This document shows, in pieces, positions 54,650 through 64,000 of a stretch of DNA of 64,000 bases. Under the pieces are notes generated by a model. That model did not search any database. It was not told the origin of the DNA and saw nothing but the letters and a program-made list of their open reading frames with translations. Source of the stretch: Eledone cirrhosa (taxonomy: Eukaryota). The position numbers were made by a program, and so were the translations under genes. Position 1 is the stretch's first letter; each line of letters opens with the position of its first letter. The stretch spans positions 303,118,001 to 303,182,000 of the forward strand of contig OZ024742.1 in NCBI GenBank assembly GCA_964016885.1, in the 5' to 3' direction.

Positions 54650-57600
54650 AAATTTCTTTATTAGCCACAAGGGCACAAAAGAAGGGGACAAATACAAATG
54701 GGGAGTTTACATACAGGTATATGGAAATATAAAGCCGTACTAAGAGTGAGAAATGAAATTCGTTTCATTTATCCATTTATATGAAAATAAAACTATTAAT
54801 AAAATAACAAATAACAATTGAAATTCCCAATAGTGGGAGGCGTTACACAGGGGTTGTACACACCCCGAAAAAATGTACATCTCTCATCTCCAGGAGCACC
54901 AAGAATGAGTACTCCCTTCCTCTCTTCCTCTTTTTCCTCAACCTACAGGCTTATATAGAGAGAAGGCCCAACCACTCGGGCCACCTTTGCCACATTCACC
55001 CACATTTTATAAAATTTGGTGGGGTACAGCACCTTTCTCTCCATCCTGATTCTTCTTCCAAAATGATATTTGAAAAAACGAATCAGTTGCTCGCCGGAGA
55101 GAAAGGTGTCTGACCTCAGCCCTTTTAACCTCGTCCACCATATAACCTCTTTCACCATAGCCATAACACATAGGAAAACCGCCTCTCCCTCGTTTTTAAA
55201 GGAGGATGGCGGTTTGATCATGACAATGGACTCGGTGGTCAACTGGATTGGTCCCACCCGCGACAAAAGTCGTTCTACATAGCCCCACAGGTCGGTAACG
55301 CCCAGGAAGTGTACAAATGCGTGGGCGACGGTTTCCTCGTCGTGTCGCATCTCGGACAGATCTTTTTCGAAGGGTCCCTGCCCGGGCGCTCGTATCTGTA
55401 GAGCTTGTCTCTAACTGGTAGAGCTCCTCGGTAGCACTGCCAGGCCAGGGACTTTTGAAAGTTGTCCATTGGTCCCGAGCGGAAGGTCCTACCGAACAGA
55501 CTGGCCAGATCGTCCTACTTTACGCCTAGAGTTTCTCCGAGCGTATCCTCGAACGTGCTGCGGACCAACCCTCTATAGAATGTCGAAGTGGAGTCTGCAC
55601 TGATCGCCGGGTCCGTTTGCCAGAGGACTGTAGCGCCTGAGCACATTATTTATGCCAGTCGCCCATTTTCCTCGGTCTTTGCTTGACCCAGGTCTGCAGC
55701 TCGGGCAGCGAGACGAGTCGTGGGAAGGCTCGCCTCATAACGGGGCCACACCGGTTGTCTGGTGAGGAATACGTGGAGGTGCCGCAGCCTGAGCGCGTGT
55801 TTGCGCATCGTCAGCCACGGCATCCCCAGCCCTCCGATTGAAGGGTGTTGGCAGCAGATGGATCTTCTCACCAAAGGAGCCCGTTTCTTCCAAAGGAATT
55901 GGAAGAGCGCGCGCTCCATTTTGGTGAGCGTTTTGGCTGGACAAGGCACGGCGGTCAAGCGGTAGTAGATGACGGACGCTATAAAAATGTTCGCCACCTC
56001 CACTCGACCTTTCAAGGATAGTTTGCACTCGACCCATTTCTGGGTGAGCGCAAACACCTTGGCCGTCACCTCGTTCCAGTTCTTCTCCACTTCGAGATCT
56101 GGACCAAACCAGACCCTGAGCAGCTTCACCGGTCCTTCCGTCAAGCGTTTGAGGACGCCATCGGAAGGCATCGGTTTGCCTCTCCACGTTGCAAACCGAC
56201 GGATTTGTCCCGGTTCAGCTTCGCTTCTGTGAACCTTTCGTATTCCCCCAGTAAGGTGCCGACCTCCCCGATTTGCGAGGTGCTTGACACCATTAATGTC
56301 ATGTCGTCGGCGTAGGCCGGCGTCGCTTTTCGCAGTCCCGGTTCCAAAGAGATGCCCTGCAATAGCTCCAACTTCCGCAGTAGTGGCTCGAGAGTCAGAA
56401 CGTACAGAAGAGAGGAGAGAGGGCATCCCTGTCGGATGGATCGCGTGATATGGAACGGCTTCGAGAGCTAGCCGTTCACCTTGACCCTTCAGCAGATGTT
56501 GCTGCTGTGCATTGCAGCAATCCAGTCCCTGAACACGGTCCGAAGCCTGCCGCCTCGAGCACCGCATCCAGGTAACGATGGTCAACTCTATCGAAAGCCT
56601 TAGACTGATCCAAGTTGATCAGGGCACCACCGAAGCCGGGTTTACACCCTACCCTCTCTATGATGTATCACATGAGGTGGAGGTTGTCGTGTATGGACCT
56701 GGTCGGGATTGCGCATGTCTGCGCTTCTCCCACCAGGTTTTCGACGACAAGCGCCAGCCTCTTTGCCGACACCTTGGCGAAAATCTGTAACTCTGTGTTT
56801 AGCAGAGTTATGGGCCGGAAGTTGCCTATGTCATCCCCCTTATACTCGTCCTTCCTGACTAACGTAACTACGCCCTTGGTCACAGAACTGGGAATTCCTC
56901 CGTTCTGCTGCCAGTTGCAGTAGACCGCTTCCAGGAGACCGGAGAACAAGTCCGGCATTGCTACGTAAAATTCGTAGGGTAGACGGTCGAGACCTGGAGA
57001 TTTGCGTTTGCCGCATTGGCTCAGCGCGTCCCCTATTTCAGCGGCCGAAATCAGCCTTGCGCAGAACTTCGCCTCGCCGTCCGAGAGTCGCATCAGGCCG
57101 TCGAAATATGGACTGAAATCTATAGCCCTCCCTGCCCGCCGCCTTGCCCGAACAGTTGAGCAAAATGCCGCTGAAAGGCCGCACACATCTGCTTCGGCTC
57201 ACGTATCACGCGTCCGTCTTGGTCCTTCAAAGACCGAATCGTGTACTTGCTTCCATTTTTTGCCTCAGTCACTCGGGCCAAGCTAATAGCTTTGGCACCC
57301 TCGTTTCCCAGAGCACGTATTTTGCTCCTGACAACGCAGCCGTCGTGCTTTGCGTTGAAGAACTGGTCCAAGACCGTTCTCGTCGCTAGCACGCTCGCTA
57401 TGTTGCCACTCCTAAGTGCCTCTTCTACTTTATCTAGCAGTTCCTTTTCGGTCTTATTTCTATCTAACACTAATTCTTTACTAAAACCTATCGAGTCTAA
57501 TCTAACTGCCCTCTTGAGAGATTACCACCATCTGTTGTTGACAATGGCCCCCGTCAAGTGCTGCTTAACTAAAGTGCTAATCTGACAACTGTAGGCTTTG

Positions 57601-58182
57601 CATGTCGGTAACGACAAGTTCAGCTTCCAGTAGCCGGGTCTCTGTCCATGGATTCTATCAAGGTTGACTAAGCAGGTCACTAGTTTTTTTATCTTAATAG
57701 GCAATCATGAACATTTGTGGACAGCTTAAAACGTCCCTATCACTAACTCTAAATAGAAATCTATCTAGGTACGATCTAGATGTTCCGCGTGGTTGATCCA
57801 CGTCCACAATGGCACAGTTGGAAAATCTAGTCGATATCTATCGGCCAGTTAAAATCGGCCGATTAACTGTTTGAGGCTGTTACACCCCCTCTATCGGGAC
57901 ATGCTCCCACATAGTCCCAACGTGCATCTAGGATTCCATTCCAGTCTCCCACTAATAGCAGGGAGCGGAATGTTCACAGAAAAGTCACTAGACGCTTGAA
58001 GAAGTCTGGCCGCGGTGTCCCGGATGGGGAATATGCGGCCACCAGCCTGAAGGCTCCACCTTCACTGCCGTCAACGTCAAGGACCACCAGTCGACCTTCT
58101 GGGTCCAGATGTACCGTCTGTGTTACGAGGTCCAGGTGTTTCCGCAGAAAAACGGCAACTCCGCCCCCACCTCCAGGCTGAC
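54650..58182 (-). mobile_element. Tx1/L1-clade LINE, 5'-truncated within the APE domain, degenerate, between (GATA)n tracts
   Basis: Fragments GYWKLN, KSPGLD, NFRPITLLN, YADD, GGLG and CPRC; AATAAAGAAA then (TATC)n. Confidence 0.92.
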
Positions 58183-58452
58183 AGATAGATAGATAGAAAG
58201 AAGCAAATAAAAATATATAGATAAATAGATAGAGATATTTCTTTATTTACAATAAAGGCATAAAAAGAAGGTACAAATACAAAGGGGGAGTTTACATATA
58301 ATCGAGTAAAAAGGGTGTAACATGAAAATAATCGAAAATAACCTCAAAAGGGAGGGGACGTGATGGGGGTTGCACACACCTCCGAAAAAGTGTGCAATCC
58401 TTTGCCCGGGGAGCACATGGAGAAGGTGCTCCCCTCTCCTTTACTTCTTTAC

Positions 58453-61400
58453 CTACAGGATGGTATACAGAGAAGGCCCATTTACACGAGCCATTCTCGC
58501 CACTATCACCCACCTTTCATAAAACTGCCTGTGGCCAAGCACCTCTCTCTCCATTCTTATCCTTCTTCCGAAGTGATATCGGAAGAAGTAGACCAGACTA
58601 TGGCCAGATAGGAAGTTGCCTGACCTCAGACCTTTCAATCGTGTCCACCAAACAACCTCTTTCAACATGGCTATTACGCACAGAAAAACCGCCTTTACTT
58701 CCTTTGTGAAGAGGGGAGGCGGTTTGATTGTCATCACGGACTCGGCGGTCAATTTAATCGGCGCCACAGATCAGCCACGCCCGGACATTGCACCAATGCG
58801 TGCGCAACGGTTTCTTCGTGACGCACGCATCTAGGGCAAATCTTTTTTGAGGGATCCCTGCCCGGGCGCCCGTGTCTGTAGAGCCTCTCTCGAACGGGTA
58901 GAGCCCCCCGGTAGCACTGCCAGGCCAGTGACTTCTGGAAGTTGTCCATTGGTCCTGGGCCGAAAGTCCTACCGAACAGGCTGACCAGTTCGTCTTCTTC
59001 CATGTCCAGCGACTCTCCAAGGGTGTCATCTCCCCTGCTAGCCACCAGCCCTCTATAGAATGATGAGGTGGATTCTCCACCGATGGCCTGGCCCGCTTGC
59101 CAGAGAGCCCTGAGCGCCTGAGCACACTCAGTGTGCCAGTCTCCCAGTTTTCCGGATCTTTGCTTGACCCAGTACTGTAGCTCGGTGAGCGAGACGAGTC
59201 TCGGAAAGTCTCGTTTCACGAACGGAGCCCACACCGGTTGACCAGTGAGGAATACCTGTAGGTGCCGTAGCCTTAATGCGTGCCTACGCATCATCAACCA
59301 CGGCATCCCCAGCCCTCCTTTCGAAGGTTGTTGGCAGCAGATGGATCTTCTCACCATAGGAGGGCGCTTCTTCCAAAGAAATTGGAAGAGCATGCGTTCC
59401 ATGGTGGTGAGTGTTTCCTTAGGGCAAGGCACGACAGTCAGGCGGTAGTAAGTGACGGACGCTATGTAAATGTTCGCCACCTCCGCCCGGCCTTTTAGGG
59501 ACAGCTTACACTTGGCCCATTTCTGGGTTAGTGCAAACACCTTGTTCGTAACCTCGTTCCAGTTCTTTTCCACCTGGAGGTCCCGTCCAAACCAGACCCC
59601 AAGCAACTTTACCGGGCCCTCCGTCCAGTGTCCGACGTTCCGAGTTGCAGCCCGATGGATTTTTCCAGGTTCAGTTTCGCTCCTGACAACCTTTCGTACT
59701 CCTCCAGTAAGGTACCGATCGCCTCGATCTCCGAGTCGGTTGATACCATTACTGTTACGTCATCGGAGTAGGCGGACACCGCTTTGCTCAATCCTGGTTC
59801 CAGGGGGATACCCTGCAACAACTCCAACTTCCTCAGTAAAGGCTCGAGAGTCAATACGTACAGAAGGGAGGAGAGAGGGCACCCCTGTCGAATGGATCGT
59901 GTGATTTCGAACGGCTTCGAAAGGTAGCCGTTCACCTTGATCCTAGAACAGATGTGGTTGCTATGTAGGGCAGTGATCCAGCCTCTGAAAACAGGACCGA
60001 ACCCAGCCGCCGCTAGCACCGCATCCAGGTAACCATGGTCGACCCTATCGAAGGCCTTAGACTGATCCAAGTTGATCAGGGCCCCACCGAAGCCGGGTTT
60101 GTTGCCAACCCTCTCTATGATGTATCGCATGAGGTGGAGGTTATCGTGAATGGACCAGGATGGGATAGCACATGTCTGCGCATCTCCCACCAGGCCACCC
60201 ACGACAAGCGCCAACCTCTTTGCTAACACCTTGGCCAAAATCTTTAACCCTGTGTTTAGCAGGGTTATGGGCCGAAAATTATTTATACTATCCCCCTTGT
60301 TCTCGTCCTTCCTCACCAGCGTGACTACGCCCTTGGCTACAGAACAAGGAATTCTCCCGTTCTGCTGCCAATTGCAGTAGACCGCTTCGAGGATTTCGGA
60401 GAAGAAGACCGGCATTGCTAAATAATGTTCGTAAGGTATACCATCGAGACCTGGAGATTTGCGTCTGCTGCATTGGCTCAGCGCATCTCCGATCTCATCA
60501 GCTGAGATTGGTCCCTCGCAGGACTCTGCATCTTCGCTCGAGAGACGCGGTAGGCCGTCGAGGTATGGACCGAAATCCACGCCCCAGCCCGGACACTCGC
60601 CTCCCCTGAACAATCGGGCAAAGTGTCTTTGAAAGGCCTCGCACATCTGCTTAGGCTCCCGGATCACCCGTCCATCTTCGTCTTTCAACGACCGGATGGT
60701 GGATCGATTTCCACTCTTAGCTTCTGTCACGCCACGCGGGCCCAGCCAACGGCTTTGGCCCCCTCATTACCTAGAGCACGTATTTTACTTCGAATGACGC
60801 AGCCTTCGTGCTTTGCATCGAAAAACTGGTTCAAGGCCGTCCTCGATGCCAGCACTCTGGCCACATCTTCGCTCTTGATTGCCTCTTCTAATTTACCTGT
60901 TAATTCTTTCTCGTTTCTATTCCTATCGGCAGCTAACATCTTGCTATAACTTATTGATTCTGTTCTAATCTCTCTTTTGAGAGATGCCCACCATCGGTTG
61001 TTGACGATTGCACCCGTCAACCTCTCCTTAACTAATCTGCTAATCCGGTTTCTGTAAGTCTCTTTTGCCGGTAAAGACAAATTAAGTTTCCAGTAACCGG
61101 GACCCTGTTTATGTGTTTTCTCGAGATTGACTACGCAGGTCACTAATTTGTGATCCGTGTAGCCAACCGTGCGCATTTCTGGACAGCTTAATAAGACCCT
61201 ATCCTTACTTCTAACTAAGAATCTATCTAAGTACGATCTAGATTGACCACTGTGGTTTCTCCAAGTCCAGGTAGGCACAGTTGGAAAATCTAGTCGATAT
61301 CTATCGACCAAGTTAAAAGGGTCGAGTAACCCCTTGAGGCTGTTACACCCCCCTCTATTAGGACATGCTCCTGCATAGTCGCAACGTGCATCTAGGATGT

Positions 61401-61830
61401 CATTCCAATCCCCCGCTAGAAGCAGGGAACGCAACTTTCCCAGAAAAGTCTCCAAACGCTGGAAGAAGTCGGGCCGTTCAGCTCGGAAAGGGGAGTAGAC
61501 GGCGACCAGTCTCAAGGCCGCACTTTCACTACTGCCAACGTCTAGCACCAACAAACGACCCTCCGGGTCCGAGTGCACAACCTGTACGGCAAGACCCAGG
61601 TGTTTTTGCAGCAGTACGACAACCCCACCCCCACCTCCAGGTTGACAGAGAGATGCATGCACCTCAAAGTCATCGAAGGTGGGGGCCAGCTGTCGCACGT
61701 CGCTGATTCGAGTCTCACAGATAACCATTACATTTATACTACATGACCTGAGGTCATTTAGAAGCTTTGCTTGCTTCCAAGTTGAGCCCAGGCCACGTGC
61801 ATTCAAACATCCTACTCTTAACACATCCAT
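58453..61830 (-). pseudogene. Tx1 ORF2 (APE, RT, Cys-rich), split into four frames
   Basis: CLNARGL, ICET, GDWN, YLDR, TDH, KSPGLDGI, LDQSKAFDRV, IRQGCPLS, YSDD, CPRC..ETVAH..C. Confidence 0.93.
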
Positions 61831-61863
61831 GTTGGCGGCAGAGCCAAAGGAAAGTGTAGAGAC

Positions 61864-63584
61864 CTACCTTTCCGCTTCCCGGGGTTCGGGTTGCACGACT
61901 TCCATGGGGTCGGGGGTGTTGGGTGAAGGAGTGTCTTGTGGTGGTGTGGGGTCGTCAGTGTGTGGTGGGGTTGGGGTGTTTGGAGTTGTGTTGGGGAAGG
62001 GAAGGGGAGGGGGAAAGCTTTTTAGTAGGACGCGGTTTATGGGTTTGACAGAGGGTGGTCCTACGTCCTCCTTAAAATCCTTTTTTAGTTTTTGGTGGAG
62101 GTTCATTGGGATCTTTATTAATTTTAAATGTGGGTAGTTTTCTGAAGAAACAAAGTTTACACCTTCGGTTTGTACCGAAGGATTATTGTATATGAGTTCA
62201 TTTAATTTTTTATTGTTTCTGTTGATATAAGTATAGTGTAATGTCTTTTTTTCGGATGGTGTGAGTGTTTCGAAGAGGGGAGGGGCAGGTTTGGTTTTGT
62301 TTGTTGCTGGAGGGGTGTTTTCTGTTTTGTTGGATTGTGTTGAGATTTGGGTGGGGGTTGTTTGTCCTTGTGTGTTTTGCACATGTTTTCTTTTTTTCCT
62401 TTTAATCTGTCTGAAGGACTCCGTTTCTTCCTCCGAATTCGTTGGGTTATCTTCAGTGTTGGAGGGAAGAGGTATGTTTGCTGGTAATGTTTCCGTGTTG
62501 GTTTTCTTTGTGGGGGAGATGGATGTCACTATGTTAGACTGTGTTGTGTGTTGTGTCTGCGGTGGTTGTGTTGTTTTATTGAGTGAGAGGTTGGGTGGGC
62601 CTGTATTTTGTTTTGGGGTAATGTGTTGTGACTGTTTGTGTGGTGGTGTGGTTTTACTGAGGGACGGGTTGGGTGGGACTGAGTTTTGTTGTTTGTTTAT
62701 CTGTTGTGGTGGTGGTGGTGGTGGAGCTGGTGTTGGTAGCAGGGTTTTCTTTTTGTTGAGTTGGGGACAAGCGGCCTTCAGGTGCCCTCTGCCTGCACAG
62801 ATATGGCAGGACGGCCTTCTCCCCTCCACACTAATGTTTATATACCCGTGGTCCTCTAATAGGATTCTGTCGGGTATTTGGGCGATGCGTTCAGGCTTCA
62901 TTTGCACTACCAGCTCTATACCTGTTCCACTGAACGCATTGCCTGTGGTTTTCCCAATGGAAATCACGTTGTCATTCACTGGATCGATGAAGCCAGCTAT
63001 GAGCCAGCAGTAGTCCACATCTGGCATCATTGCATCCAGCCATATGCGTTGAGTTCTTTTCCCCATATAAGATGGATAAAAGGTGAAATTTTTCGAACGA
63101 ATCGGTGACAAAGCACATTTTTTGCCGCCGATTCGTTCTTCATGATAATTGCTAGGCTTCCATACAGTCTGTCTTTTCTTATGAAAGTGGTTTCATTAAG
63201 TACTTCTGTGAGTACTGTTTTGATATCTGCTTGAGAAGGCTGTTCAGGTTTTTTTGTACTGTTGTTGATGGTCCGAAACTTGACCGTTCGGCTTTCAATG
63301 TCTTTCGTGAATTCTTGAGGCATTTTTACCGATAAAATACCATTCTCTCCTTCACTTATGTATTGTTTGGCGTCTGTGATTCGTCGTGCCACATCTGAAA
63401 TATTTTCCGGTATATAAGTCAAAGATTTCTTTGTTTTCTGTGCAAATGAAATCTTGTCGTCTGCTTTGCTTTCTGTTATGGTGTTATTTTCAAATGTTAT
63501 TTTTGTGTTTGTTGTGTCTTTGTTTGTGTTATTAGTATTGTCATGCAATTTTTCAAATTTTTTTTTTTCGTTGTTGGAATCCAT
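61864..63584 (-). pseudogene. Tx1 ORF1 with CCHC zinc knuckle, one frameshift near 63110
   Basis: CHICAGRGHLKAAC (C-x2-C-x4-H-x4-C); Pro/Thr/Gln-rich C-terminal half. Confidence 0.88.
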
Positions 63585-64000
63585 GTCCAGATTTGTGTTT
63601 TCGTCATTTTTTTTTTCCGCAGATTTGTCTGTTTTTATTTTAATTTTTCCTTCCTTCTCTATGACGTTAGTTGGGAAGGAAGGGGGGGGGGACTAAAACG
63701 TGCGAGCTTACAACTCTTACCGCTGTCCCCCCACCACTATTTTCGTTCGCTGCGTTTAACATTTCTGTTAGACGATTGAAATTTTTTTGCCACAAAATTT
63801 TTAAAACAGGTTTTTCACCTCTAGGAGGGGTAAAGATGAGCTGACCCACCGCCTGACAGTTCAGACGGGTGGCCAAGCTACACAATTGTATCAAAATTAA
63901 AATTGAACTCACAAAATTTCCGCAATAAATTTGAACAAAACTTCTGCGCGAAGTGAATTACATCCACACTGTAGAACAGACGACAGCTAGATTGATATAG

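Larger units (their letters stand above)
58236..63990 (-). mobile_element. Tx1/L1-clade LINE, near full length, few lesions
   Basis: ORF1 and ORF2 both present; 3' end AATAAAGAAA runs into TATC-type repeats. The 5' boundary is approximate (window edge). Confidence 0.92.

Noticed and set aside
62261-63013. 250-aa plus-strand ORF and similar frames opposite the LINE ORFs
   Set aside because: Antisense shadows of compositionally biased LINE coding sequence.

Overview
Eukaryotic, AT-rich, microsatellite-saturated DNA in which I find no convincing host exon. The SINE family resembles octopod SINEs, so a cephalopod origin is likely (inference). The window is mostly mobile DNA, and the elements sort by microsatellite. 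(1) Eight unrelated short Penelope-like (PLE)/retrozyme-type families sit in (TA)n tracts. Together they carry 14 type I hammerhead ribozyme (HHR) motifs that can be folded by eye, and many are fold-back palindromes, including a 4.6-kb element with 1.61-kb inverted arms. (2) Dong/R4-clade LINEs sit in (TAA)n. Four form a head-to-tail train at 36.9-46.4 kb, and one has an intact 1216-aa ORF and a pseudoknot-rich 5' UTR. (3) There are three degenerate Tx1/L1-clade LINEs, one in (TTA)n and two in (GATA)n. (4) Non-autonomous Helitrons occur as a tandem array at 1-2139 and a solo copy at 8811-9502. (5) The rest comprises tRNA-derived SINEs, an RTE-like element in (TACA)n, an RTE remnant and a 77-bp mariner-type MITE. 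Most short ORFs in the supplied track are microsatellite artefacts or antisense frames of the LINEs. All RNA structures were paired manually and are untested.
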